A DNA stretch of 48,914 bases, taken from contig JWZX01002470.1 of NCBI GenBank assembly GCA_001275005.1, positions 1 through 48,914 of the forward strand, in the 5' to 3' direction. The DNA is from Chrysochromulina tobinii. Its lineage: Eukaryota. Within the stretch, counting starts at the first letter, position 1; every line of letters begins with the position of its first letter. The notes below the pieces were generated by a model. It worked only from the letters and a program-made list of their open reading frames with translations, was not told the origin of the DNA and ran no database searches. Made by a program: the position numbers and the translations under genes. Of this stretch, positions 41,001 to 48,914 are shown piece by piece.

Positions 41001-41387
41001 TGGCGCGAGTGCTGCACCTGGCTCGGCTCCGAAGGCATTCGCGTCTCGCACTCGCCACCGGTGCTGCTGCGCGCCCTGCGCACAGGCGCGCCGTACAAGG
41101 AGCTCGTGCGCCGCATCGCGCCGCCCTTTTGGGTGCGCCACAAGCTCGCGCGCGTGCACGACCCCCGGATGCTCTTCGGACTCATCCAGCAGCTCTTCGA
41201 TGCCGAGAGCTTCGTGCACGTGCTCGGCTGCCAACGGCTCGCCATGGGCGAGCTGGTCGACGGCAAGGCGCTGGAGCACCTCGAGCTGCTCGCTGTGATG
41301 CGCGAGGTCCTCGAGCTTCGCCTCCTCGAGCAGCACGGTATGCGATCCAAGGAGAGCCCAAAGGGCGCGAAGCCGGACTGGAGGTGA
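35067..41387 (+). CDS. Giant Sfi1-like (W-periodic, putative centrin-binding) repeat protein with possible C-terminal calponin-homology domain
   Basis: About 2100 codons with dozens of (A/G)FxxW motifs spaced ~22-33 aa apart, exact 33-aa repeats, and a C-terminal CH-like pattern. Probable in-frame introns at 38361-38459 and 40008-40064. Confidence 0.65.
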   Translation: MQTLFLRKKSTYDAPPSPAAMRIDPEVADRAPSTVVGHHHQVYYVRGRPFIAPASAIVRRAPNEAERGNGYYSQGKAVLSSSASRGKIASGALIADEEFAALFRNNLLRSCWKPGLAPDEVQAVLTLWESRLVESMHRWLHPELWHGFGRWWRRTWRWPWISAVARKVWFRRAAPALSQWRSRSRIRALGPFLLARVLIGWVRTWRYEAAFRCKANAVYVFFPFRKWVAFHMRARSRSCQQLFSDRQQVRLQTRGKVGAWLSWMSHAAERRVARRAFARWLALGLSRVLSTWTEYVRLLGVKRRAAMALRGGGLRRGFGTWLENAEGVRAAFGSLERASRCMLNVSTTKAFHTWAGYAEGVRAAFGSLERASRCMLNVSTSKAFHTWLGYAEGVSAAFGSLERASRCMLNVSTTKAFRQWSAEWGKRLVLRRALATLRNLVVKLGFVTWATQVNLRVEALVRLSKAVTALLCRGLRVGLTTWAVHALEIAAQVAKLHAPAKRAARILLNRELSRAFNGWCEPCTRRRRMLAAVMRLMRRELLKSYNTWKAHTAELAMMTRALSRFVRQAEAAALLEWRSVAEQTARQMQRVECIVRVMLVGSKFLAALNKWMAVCANHKLLVRVCRALLVQNLKRGLSTWLAFAQARQDALAAVSRALTAARDARRRAWSTWAEGVSLVVPMRIALVRLQTRGKVGAWLSWMSHAAERRVARRAFARWLALGLSRVLSTWTEYVRLLGVKRRAAMALRGGGLRRGFGTWLEYAEGVSAAFGSLERASRCMLNVSTTKAFHTWAGYAEGVRAAFGSLERASRCMLNVSTSKAFHTWLGYAEGVSAAFGSLERASRCMLNVSTTKAFHTWAGYAEGVRAAFGSLERASRCMLNVSTSKAFHTWLGYAEGASAAFGSLERASRCMLNVSTSKAFHTWLGYAEGVSGALQNVSQALGHWTYALLSIGWHAWATYVDGIDVARRRLQQIVVQVHAVRTGFAFSAWDTWLRERASRLLAAARRAAAFWLSKGASGAIKRWVTLRTQKHLTRRSLGLYMQRHLRVSWCKWALFKHKAVPLTFVLEQDFDTWTQRSSLRFGAFFKQAFGVRLRDVHVRRLNCMLIALHRCMLIALPHCMLIASLLRDVQVRRGSVILTAVANLPQQALVDLCRGKHRERLINDFRCGPIRVGKSGKGNGTLSRVFNRFKGLVRVPRLLRGANRSRHLRSLSASWAVWSNWRPGPSPPMNRHQSRVAARWRNRPLSKAFDAWEARTAERLTTRRVALRFTHRSLGAVWVAWEALCEKRRVMRCALAALMHSELRRGLVTWLEMLAERAQTQAVLARALASLRVWVGKHAYVRAWRSWLDTLATYGVQRRAFAFVRSLAVIRALTSWQEYLHMMQLLRRADGGFLLHSTARALRMWSALASRCVEVAALCRSALLASRRRGFVRAFRAFAACTVEALHRRRAIAHSIQASLARALTSWVHLSTLSHVELELWHRALGMWPRTLLAAGWELWRVHVASLRLGLGLRTRAQRACRTGRHRRAFDVLTACIVDLFASAQRAAAARTFRQRSSFRGWASWRAHEATLEPLRIAAARMRHVAAGRALRGWLAVVGDAAHARARMQAALHAGMRRAFTRAFTRWSTSHAERELKLCKMRTTLQALAGSPMSEARWFVNDSLQALAGGHRILRAFNTWKFELHAAVHRLRAASALLERLALDAFRGWAAVCAYERFVVAAFAHWRHRSLRRSVRRWRKVGRRLDLQASCVACAHYSQCAVRIGLRTWLGALEKYQMLVLALAAFGHFSARRALKRWCMHAATHGLVRHKERAVAGGRYATMRVAALRRWQSAVVSEIASLRRLSTAVEAGWRAVAGAFLRKLREAMAHSALTQSLLLQWRQRRVGHRLYQWRVRYAWASHVARVHRLLAHLPEWRALSRWMGCLQIHRRLHMLAGSFRPLHQRRAWFRTWRDHTRRPPLVPLGAPSHLRPIRSMTWRECCTWLGSEGIRVSHSPPVLLRALRTGAPYKELVRRIAPPFWVRHKLARVHDPRMLFGLIQQLFDAESFVHVLGCQRLAMGELVDGKALEHLELLAVMREVLELRLLEQHGMRSKESPKGAKPDWR
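36024..37862 (+). repeat. 99-nt coding tandem repeats (3 copies at 36024-36320; 5 plus a partial at 37338-37862) within a ~500 nt duplication
   Basis: Unit encodes TW(A/L)GYAEGV(R/S)AAFGSLERASRCMLNVST(T/S)KAFH. The block starting at 35811 recurs at 37125. Confidence 0.95.
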
Positions 41388-41596
41388 TCCAGTCGAATGC
41401 TACTGTCAGTCCAGAGCCCGCCGTCTCCCCATCCAGTCACCACATCCAGTCAGGTACACGTTCTCTCAGATAGTGTGTTGCGGTTGTTGGGGCGTACCGC
41501 ATGCGTTGGTACCGGTAGTTGCACTGTACGGTCTGGGCTGGAAATTTCCACGCAATCACGTGCGCCGATTCTCATGCTTCGTGTCCATTCTTGGCA

Positions 41597-42589
41597 ATGT
41601 CGCATCTTTCAGAACTCGTGTTTCTAGCAGCCTTGGTCGCGGCCAGCAGCTTCTCGATCGCGCGAGCGCGAGGAGGCAAGGCACCTCCGCGGTCCCGCAC
41701 GCCAGCACGAGGCCAGCCCAACAATGTGGCCGCTGCGCAGACTCCAAAGCAGCTCGATGCTCTCAGTGACGAAGCCATCCCTCGTCCCTCTGACACGGCG
41801 CTCGCCGCGCCATGGATGGCGCCGCTCAAGAGGGCGCTGAACCATGGTGGCACTGGCCGGAAGACGCGCGACCGTTCCGAGGCCAAACGCAAACACGTGC
41901 AGATCGCCACCGTGGATCCACAGAGCGGCAAGCCGTTTGTGCGCACTGTGGTCTTCCGTGGCTTCCTGCCTCTGAAATATGCCACGAGGAGATGCGCCAC
42001 ATCGTGCTTCACGGACTGCCCCACTTCGTGCGCCAATCCATACACAAGTGAGGAGAGCTGCTGCTTGTGCTTCATCACCGACGACAGGTCAGCCAAGTTT
42101 CAGCACCTGGGTCGTGGGCAGAAGCACGGGGCTCCCGTCGAGTGCTGCTGGTGGCTTGACGAGGCAGGGGTGCAGTTTCGGATCGCAGGCCGAGCGATCC
42201 TCGCGACGGCGCGCTCGGAAGATGCGATGCTCCGAGCAGCAGTACAAGAGGTGTGGGGACGCCTCGGTGATTCGACTCGACGACAAATGTATTGGCCTCA
42301 TCCGGGGGCGCCCAAGGGTGAAGGCGCACAGAGCACGGAGGTGGTGGACGCCGAGGGACGAATCAGCCTCGACGAGTCCCACTTTGTGCTGCTGATCGTC
42401 GTGCCTGAGAGCGTGGACGAGCTCCATCTCGGCGGCAGCCAGAAGCGCATACAGTACGGTCGGGCGCAGAGTGAGGCGGCGGCCGCCAAGGAGCGCTTCT
42501 TGGCAGCCTCGGGCTCGGACATGGGCTCGGAAGAGCTTCTGGCGAGTCTGAGGTGCGCGGTGTGGTCCGAGAAGGCGGTGAATCCCTGA
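41597..42589 (+). CDS. Pyridoxamine 5'-phosphate oxidase-like FMN-binding protein, probably plastid-targeted
   Basis: Signal-like N-terminus (ASS-F), VQIATVD...PFVRTVVFRGF, FITDDRSAK, VECCWW...QFRIAG, VDELHL. Confidence 0.82.
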   Translation: MSHLSELVFLAALVAASSFSIARARGGKAPPRSRTPARGQPNNVAAAQTPKQLDALSDEAIPRPSDTALAAPWMAPLKRALNHGGTGRKTRDRSEAKRKHVQIATVDPQSGKPFVRTVVFRGFLPLKYATRRCATSCFTDCPTSCANPYTSEESCCLCFITDDRSAKFQHLGRGQKHGAPVECCWWLDEAGVQFRIAGRAILATARSEDAMLRAAVQEVWGRLGDSTRRQMYWPHPGAPKGEGAQSTEVVDAEGRISLDESHFVLLIVVPESVDELHLGGSQKRIQYGRAQSEAAAAKERFLAASGSDMGSEELLASLRCAVWSEKAVNP

Positions 42590-42849
42590 ACACGAACACG
42601 CGAACACGATTTACTACTAACTGTTCGTTTTGCGTTTGTTAGCTGTTAGTAAAGAATCGATAATTTGGGCTGCAAACTTACAATAGTACAGTACGACAGA
42701 CATCTTCAGACGACACTCAGACGACAGACTCGTCTTGGCGGCGGCCAAACGAAAATTTACGCGCCACAGACTCACATTCCCCACAGTTTTGCTGCGGCTC
42801 GTCCTGGTGCGTAAAGGGAGCACGAGTCGCGCTCCACAGTGGCGAACGC

Positions 42850-44661
42850 ATGTCATCCGCGGATCTGGAGGCTGCGAACCTTCTGGAGCTGCTCGCGGCC
42901 GGCGCACCGAGGCCGCTATTCCCCGAGCCGCCCCCCCCATCCCCCCATGCGCCCCTTCCCGATCGCCCGGCGGCGCCATCAGCGGCCCCGCCGGCTCCAA
43001 AAGCGGCAGCTGGACCGAGCCACGCCCCGTCGGCACAGCGCACGCTTTCGGTGCCCATTCTTCCTCGAATGCCGCCGCCTCCGCCGGCACCACCGCCGCC
43101 ACCGCCTCCACCGCCTCCACCGGCACCACCGCCTCCGCCGCCTCAGGATGGGATCACGCTCATGCGGAAGCAGGCATGGTACGCATTCCTCATGGGCACG
43201 CACCCACGAGTCGGCAGCGGGAGCAAAGTCTTCGGACTGCACCAACAGGTGCTGCGCAACATCTTCGAGCACGTGCGATCACCCGCGGGGCTCGCACTGG
43301 AGATCACCAAGCACAGCGTGCATCGCGTGCGCGGCCCAAACGACTACGTCGTCTCCAACCTGCGCAAATTTGCCATCGAGACGGTCGTGTTCCACAGAAA
43401 GTCGCGCCGGCCCGCCGAGCACGGGCTGTGGCTGCGCGCGACGGTCTTCTGCGAGGATGGCACCGCGGTTTCGCCCTGCTCGACGTGCCAGACCGGCTGC
43501 GAGAACTGCATGCTCCTAGGCGACGTCGAGGCTCCGCTCATCGACGGCGTCGCCTTGTTCCGCGAGGTCAAGATGGGTAAACTGCTGCTGAGCGCACGGC
43601 ACGCTGGGCACCGCTTTCGGCTCAAGATCGAGCCCAAAGATGCGGCGGTGCGCGCGGCGTACCCGTGGTTCGTTGTGCTCTCGGAGCCCTTCCGCGTCGT
43701 GACCAAGCTGCCGCCGCCGCCGCCGATGGACGCCACACAGCCACCGCTTGCGGGCCTGCCTCAGCGCCCGCTGCCGCCGACGCTCATGCCGCCGATTGCG
43801 CCGCCGAGTGCGGCGCGCCTGCCGATTGCGCCGCCAAGTGCCAGTGTTGGCGCCAATGTGGCCTCCGGCCTAGGAGCTACCGGTAAGCTGCAGCCCGGAT
43901 GCGCCCTCATGTCGCCGCCCCTGCCTTGCCTGCCGAGCTCTGTGGGGAGCGCTCCCTCTGTGGGGAGCGCTGTGGGGAGCGCTCCCTCTGTGGGGAGCTC
44001 TCTGATCGGCGCTGTGGCGAGCGCTCCCTCTGTGGGGAGCTCTCTGATCGGCGCTGTGGCGAGCGCTCCCTCTGTGGGGAGCTCTCTGATCGGCGCTGTG
44101 GCGAGCACTCCCTCAAGCACGAGTGTGCCCAGCGCTGTGTTGGGCACAGGGCTGCCGCCGTCCACCTCGGCCCAGATGCCACAGGCACCACACATTCACA
44201 TTCACACCTCGGCCCAGATGCCACAGGCACCGATCGCAACGCCGCCGCTGCAGCAGCTGGCGCCCGTCACGGCGCCCGCTCAGCCGCAGCCCCGCGTCGC
44301 TTCTCAACCGGCGCCCGTCATGGCGCCCGTCACGGCGCCCGTCACGGCGCCCGTCACGGCGCCCGTCATGGCGCCCGTCATGGCGCCCGTCATGGCGCCC
44401 GCTCAGCCGCAGCCCCGCGTCGCTTCTCAACCAGCGCAGCCAGGGCCGTCGCGCGCGCCGCCTCCCGCGCAACTCGAGCTCCCAAAGATGGTCCATAGCT
44501 TTCGATTGGGTGGCGTCGGAGCGCAGTCGGTTCTCATGCAGCAGCCGCCGCCGAGGCAGCCCGGGCTGGTCCTCGCGCCGCCGTTGGAGCCGTCCTCGCA
44601 GGTGGGGCTGACCGGCCAGCCACGTGGCACGGGCTCGATTGAAACGGCGCCGCGACTCTAG
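42850..44661 (+). CDS. Proline-rich protein with a central beta-rich domain (CBP60-like DNA-binding fold by inspection)
   Basis: Poly-Pro flanks, the motif AFLMGTHPRVG, core LLGDVEAPLIDGVALFREVK...SARHAGHRFRLKI...LSEPFRVVTK, and tandem repeats in the tail. Confidence 0.6.
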   Translation: MSSADLEAANLLELLAAGAPRPLFPEPPPPSPHAPLPDRPAAPSAAPPAPKAAAGPSHAPSAQRTLSVPILPRMPPPPPAPPPPPPPPPPPAPPPPPPQDGITLMRKQAWYAFLMGTHPRVGSGSKVFGLHQQVLRNIFEHVRSPAGLALEITKHSVHRVRGPNDYVVSNLRKFAIETVVFHRKSRRPAEHGLWLRATVFCEDGTAVSPCSTCQTGCENCMLLGDVEAPLIDGVALFREVKMGKLLLSARHAGHRFRLKIEPKDAAVRAAYPWFVVLSEPFRVVTKLPPPPPMDATQPPLAGLPQRPLPPTLMPPIAPPSAARLPIAPPSASVGANVASGLGATGKLQPGCALMSPPLPCLPSSVGSAPSVGSAVGSAPSVGSSLIGAVASAPSVGSSLIGAVASAPSVGSSLIGAVASTPSSTSVPSAVLGTGLPPSTSAQMPQAPHIHIHTSAQMPQAPIATPPLQQLAPVTAPAQPQPRVASQPAPVMAPVTAPVTAPVTAPVMAPVMAPVMAPAQPQPRVASQPAQPGPSRAPPPAQLELPKMVHSFRLGGVGAQSVLMQQPPPRQPGLVLAPPLEPSSQVGLTGQPRGTGSIETAPRL

Positions 44662-44955
44662 CTACGCTGTCAAAGGGACGACAACCACGGAGGAACGAAG
44701 ATTGCACAGAGAGAGAGAGAGTGATGACGCATAGACGAACGCGACGAGAAAAACGAAACTGGTACAGGCATCGATTCGCCGCGAGACGATGAAATAATGG
44801 GTGCATGCGTTCCACGCTCGTGCTGGGCGCGTAGCTATAGCCGCGAGGTCATTTGGGGCGGGGGTTGCGGCGGTTTTCTTTCTTAACTTCACAGGAAACC
44901 CTTCGCGTGAACGATGTCCCGTCCATGAAGAGCGCCTTTTTGTACGTGTGCGCCT

Positions 44956-46302
44956 ATGACCCGCTTCGCCGTGGTGCCACACCGGCAACTGTACGTGAAT
45001 GGCAGCTTTCACGTGCGTGTGGCCAAGAATGTGCCGCGCTTCGACCCCGGCGCGGAAGCGCTCGAGCACCTCCAGCGTGAGGGCTATGTGGTCGTAAGCG
45101 TTGCCAATTCTTCCGAAGTGGCGCACGCGCGCGAGCTCCTGTGGCGCTTCTTGGAGAGTACAGGAGAAGGAGTGACTCGCCATGATGCCTCCACATGGAT
45201 CGCCAACGGCCCAAACAATTACGGCATCTTTTGGGGGCACGGTTCGGGGCAGTCGCGGCTGCTCTGGCACATCAGGACGTTGCCTCGGCTGTTGCAGATG
45301 TTTGAGCTGGTGCACGGCACGCCGGATCTGATTACGAGCTTCGAAGGCTTTTCCATGTTTCCTCCGGAGCGCGTGGAGGCGCAATGGCGGCTGGGCGAGG
45401 CGTGGTTTCATACGGACCAGAATGCAGCCAGCCGGCCCGGGCTGCAGACGGTGCAGTCGTTCACGTCGCTGTATGATCAGGATGCCTCCACCGGCGGCTT
45501 CGTAGTCGTACCGAAGTCGTGGCTGTACCATGATACTGTCACGGAGCGCATCTACCGTGCGGCACCACGCACGCCGCCCACGCAGCAGTTCCTGATGGTG
45601 CCTGCGGATGATGAGGTGCTCTCGCGACCTCATCGACCACGGCTCATCAAGGTGCGCGCCGGAGATGCGATCCTGTGGGATTCCCGTACCGTGCACTGCT
45701 CCACGCCGCCGCTGCGCAATCGGCGCACGCCTAAGGCCACGCCCGAGGCGGAGGCATCCGCCAAAGGCAGCTCGGACCCCGCTGCTTCAAACGAGCCCGT
45801 TGAGGCTCCTGCGCGGGTCGTTGTCTACGCGTGCCTTGCTCCGCGAAGCCGCGCCACGGACGAAGTGCTGCTGCAGCGCCAGCGCGCGCTCTTTACACAG
45901 CAGACGTGCACTCACTGGCCGTTTGAGATGGCGTGCCTCGACACACCGAGCGCCGTTGGGCAGCGAGCGAGCGACCCACTTCGGTATGCGAGCAGCCGCG
46001 TCAAGCATCTAGTGGGCTACACGGACACTCAGATCTTAGGATGGCTGCACGGCAAGGGTGCGGACGTCAGTGCTGGCGCGCCCATCGGCCCGTTCGACAC
46101 GCCCGCGCCAGTTCGGGTGGTTGCCAAGGGAGCCGAAGGCGAGGCACTGTGGGAAAGAAACGCCTGCTGGGCAGCGTGCCCGTGGATCCGCCGGATGCGT
46201 GGCCCCCGGCTGCAGTTCCGGAATGCTTTGCCGTCTAGTGTGCGAAAATGTAGATTTAGATGTGCGCCCGTTGGCGAGAGACTCTACGCGCGCGCGCTTT
46301 GA
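44956..46302 (+). CDS. Phytanoyl-CoA dioxygenase (PhyH)-family 2OG-Fe(II) oxygenase
   Basis: EGYVVV, WFHTDQ (HxD), GGFVVVPKS, AGDAILWDSRTVH, RVVVYAC, THWP. Both ends are uncertain. Confidence 0.85.
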   Translation: MTRFAVVPHRQLYVNGSFHVRVAKNVPRFDPGAEALEHLQREGYVVVSVANSSEVAHARELLWRFLESTGEGVTRHDASTWIANGPNNYGIFWGHGSGQSRLLWHIRTLPRLLQMFELVHGTPDLITSFEGFSMFPPERVEAQWRLGEAWFHTDQNAASRPGLQTVQSFTSLYDQDASTGGFVVVPKSWLYHDTVTERIYRAAPRTPPTQQFLMVPADDEVLSRPHRPRLIKVRAGDAILWDSRTVHCSTPPLRNRRTPKATPEAEASAKGSSDPAASNEPVEAPARVVVYACLAPRSRATDEVLLQRQRALFTQQTCTHWPFEMACLDTPSAVGQRASDPLRYASSRVKHLVGYTDTQILGWLHGKGADVSAGAPIGPFDTPAPVRVVAKGAEGEALWERNACWAACPWIRRMRGPRLQFRNALPSSVRKCRFRCAPVGERLYARAL

Positions 46303-46525
46303 CGTGTACATGGGCCATGATTGGGAGTATGGGATGCCGCACACCATGCTACGGTTCGTTTACGATTTGTACCTTATCCTCTCGATCCAACGCCAGCACC
46401 CAGCGGGGGCGCGATCCCAGTTTCGCTCAGCGCGCCCTGGGGTGAAATCGCAATCGGTTCCCTGGGAGCTACACGCGGGCCAATCATGTCTTCACTACGG
46501 CAAGCCCTTCATCACCCTTAATGGC

Positions 46526-47149
46526 TTAGAAGAGCTTGGCGCCGGTGGCGAGCTCCTGGCCGACCATGCCGGCCATCGCGAGCATTGCGAGCCGTCCGTT
46601 GTTGAGCTCCTTGGTCTGCATCTCGGCGAATTCTGCCGGGCTGGCCGGCTTGAGGCCGAGGGGATCGAAGCCGAAGTCGCCCGCCTTGTGGTCCGACTTG
46701 ATCGCCCACATGCCGTCCTTCGGGTTCATGAACGAGAAGACGGAGAAGACCTCGAAGATGGCGAGCGAGCACACGACGGGGAAGAAGAACGCCTGGAGGG
46801 GCGTCTCCTGGAAGGCGATGTACGACGGGACGTTGATGTTGCCACCGAAGAGCGGGTGGAACTGCTCGCCCACGAGGAAGCCGAGCGACGCCAACATCGC
46901 GACGCGGCCGTGCTTGAGCTCGGCCTCGCGGTAGAAGCGGACCTTGCCCTCGGTGACGCCCTCCGCGCTGGCGTAGCCGAGGGGGTCGAAGAAGCCGAGT
47001 GGGTCCGTGATGCCAGGCATGGCCTTCATGATCTCAAGCGGGGTCGGCGGCGGCACGACGACGTCCTTGGCCTGCATCACGATGTTCATGGGCGCGCGCA
47101 TGGCGAGGCCGGAGAAAGCGGAGGACGCGGCGACATTGATGGCAAGCAT
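46526..47149 (-). CDS. LHCX: Light-harvesting complex protein, LI818/Lhcx photoprotective type
   Basis: PLGFFDPLG, REAELKHGRVAMLA, EQFHPLFGGNINVPSYIAFQETPLQ (Lhcx-typical), GFDPLG, KELNNGRLAM; targeting motif SSAF. Confidence 0.93.
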   Translation of the reverse strand: MLAINVAASSAFSGLAMRAPMNIVMQAKDVVVPPPTPLEIMKAMPGITDPLGFFDPLGYASAEGVTEGKVRFYREAELKHGRVAMLASLGFLVGEQFHPLFGGNINVPSYIAFQETPLQAFFFPVVCSLAIFEVFSVFSFMNPKDGMWAIKSDHKAGDFGFDPLGLKPASPAEFAEMQTKELNNGRLAMLAMAGMVGQELATGAKLF

Positions 47150-47629
47150 GATTGTAAGCTGCGATACGAGAAGGGCGCGGGCAAGCAGACGAGGTGAGCA
47201 GGTTGGGATTGTTGTGCACTCACGCAGAGACTACGTTTTGGCAAAGGCAAGGCTCGTCGGCACACATCGGGATTCTGGATGTACAGGAAAAGTCAGCGAA
47301 ACTTCCAGTCTGCTGTCTGCAGACTCGCACCTAATATGCTCATAGGAATCTACTGCAAGATCATCAATAGCCACGCAGCGACGCAGGTTAATGAATGTCT
47401 CGACAGGTCTGGTTTGACGGTTTGTTTGGTTTGACCTTCCTACATTTGCGCTCGATGTCCGTGAATCGGTTCGGTTCTTGAGGTTTGTTTGTGGAATTTT
47501 GTCTGTTTGTGTCCCTCTCAAGAGATTTCCGGCCCTTATACTGCCCTAATCCGACCTTGCACCCGAAACGGCCTGGGAGACTGCGGTTCTGTGGGGAGGC
47601 GTTGGCCGGACGGAATCGAGACGGCGAGA

Positions 47630-48541
47630 ATGTCCGCGTTGAGCGATAGTGACGGTTCAGGAGGATCTGCCACGGCCGTCTTCGTCAGCGGCGCGCTTGC
47701 CGGTGTGGTCTCGCGAACGGCAACGGCGCCCTTGGACCGTCTGAAAACCATGCAGATGGCGGGATGCAGCTCCTCCCATGCTGCTGCAAGTTGCACCAGA
47801 GGGGCACTCGCGATCATTTTCCGTAGCTCAGGCATCACGGGACTGTTCCAGGGCAACACAGCCAACATCATGAAGGCGATGCCTGAGGTCGGCGTCAAAT
47901 TCCTGGCTTTTGAGCAGTTCGCCTGCTCCGATCCCAAGAGGAAGTCACTCTTGGATCTTCTAGCCTCGGGCGCTGCTGCCGGCTTCGCTTCCACGCTCAT
48001 CATCTACCCCCTCGAGGTAGCCAAGACGCGAATGGCTCTAGCACCCCACGGCTACTACAGCTCCGTCTTCGAGTGCCTTCGAACGACAATACGATGCGAG
48101 GGCGTGGGGGCTCTGAGTCAGGGCCTCGGCGCCTCGCTCGTGGGAATCGTGCCCTTCTGCGCGCTAGATCTCGCCCTCTACGCTACGCTCAAGGACCATG
48201 TGCAGCAGCGCACCGGCGGCGAGCCCAGCAGTATCGTGCTGTTGGGCTGCGGCGCGTGCAGCAGCGCCGTTGCGCAGGTCGCCACGTATCCACTCGCCCT
48301 CATTCGGACGGTCATGCAGGCGGCGGGCATGCCGGGTTTTGAGAACACACGCTACGCAAGCATGTTGGACTGCGCAGCCAGGACTGTCGAGCTGCGAGGC
48401 ATACGCGGGCTCTACCGCGGGCTGCTACCGAGCATGATGAGAGGTGTGCCGTCGCTCTCCCTCTCGTATGTGGTCTTCGAGCAGACGAAGCGATGGCTGG
48501 GCGCGCACTCGAGCTCAACGGCCACAATGAGGCCGTGCTGA
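47630..48541 (+). CDS. Mitochondrial carrier (SLC25), most like the ATP-Mg/Pi carrier domain, without EF-hands
   Basis: Three carrier signatures: SRTATAPLDRLK, YPLEVAKTR, YPLALIRT. ATG at 47630. Confidence 0.9.
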   Translation: MSALSDSDGSGGSATAVFVSGALAGVVSRTATAPLDRLKTMQMAGCSSSHAAASCTRGALAIIFRSSGITGLFQGNTANIMKAMPEVGVKFLAFEQFACSDPKRKSLLDLLASGAAAGFASTLIIYPLEVAKTRMALAPHGYYSSVFECLRTTIRCEGVGALSQGLGASLVGIVPFCALDLALYATLKDHVQQRTGGEPSSIVLLGCGACSSAVAQVATYPLALIRTVMQAAGMPGFENTRYASMLDCAARTVELRGIRGLYRGLLPSMMRGVPSLSLSYVVFEQTKRWLGAHSSSTATMRPC

Positions 48542-48582
48542 GTTCATGCTGAGGTCATTCTGAGGCCATGCTGAGGCCATGC
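48528..48582. repeat. 11-nt tandem repeat TGAGGCCATGC (5 degenerate copies) spanning the carrier stop codon
   Basis: TGAGGCCGTGC TGAGTTCATGC TGAGGTCATTC TGAGGCCATGC TGAGGCCATGC. Confidence 0.85.
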
Positions 48583-48914
48583 GGTCGCACGCCTCGATGC
48601 GCGTGTGCGTGAGAAGAGATGCGCTCTCAATGGAGGCGCAACCACGGCGCGTGGAGCCCGTGGAACGAGTTCACATCCGTGCAGGTGAAAATAGAGATTA
48701 CAGCTGTTAGTAGCAGACGCGAGAGGGCATTGGGGTTTTGTGTGTTGCGTATACTGTAGTCAATACGTCACCCACCGGGCTTTATTTTAACCCGATCATT
48801 ACCTGATCGACTGGACACTGTTATCGAAACACAGGGGTGACGGGGCCACGGTTCGCGGCGCGCGGGCGGCGGCGGGCGGCCGCGGCGCCGGCGGCGGCCG
48901 CATGCGGGTTGCGG

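Noticed and set aside
41985..42050. Cys-rich stretch in the PNPOx-like gene as a metal-binding insert or intron
   Set aside because: There is no clear donor site and no recognisable motif; it cannot be resolved without RNA-seq.

Overview
GC-rich, gene-dense eukaryotic algal DNA, most likely a haptophyte. That assignment is inferred from spliceosomal introns, an Lhcx/LI818 antenna gene and bipartite plastid-targeting peptides. The window opens with an apparently intact non-LTR retrotransposon (APE endonuclease, RT, RNase H, C-terminal chromodomain, (TTAC)n tail). It is followed by genes for prolyl 4-hydroxylase-ShKT, a MORN protein, RPL21, prolyl oligopeptidase, XPF, a complete 4-exon nitric oxide synthase (oxygenase plus reductase), a CaMKK-like kinase fused to a degenerate IP3 3-kinase-like domain, HMG-CoA lyase, a small plastid protein, a CCR4/nocturnin-type EEP enzyme, a giant Sfi1-like repeat protein, a PNPOx-like protein, a possible CBP60-like protein, a PhyH dioxygenase, Lhcx and a mitochondrial carrier. 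The most striking pattern is a set of short introns, in two unrelated genes, each made of a 20-34 nt duplication of the exon junction plus a filler. Three of these fillers share the motif (C/T)GATTGCC(T/A)CCCTC, which suggests a recurrent intron-gain mechanism. All domain calls come from motif recognition by eye; no searches were run.
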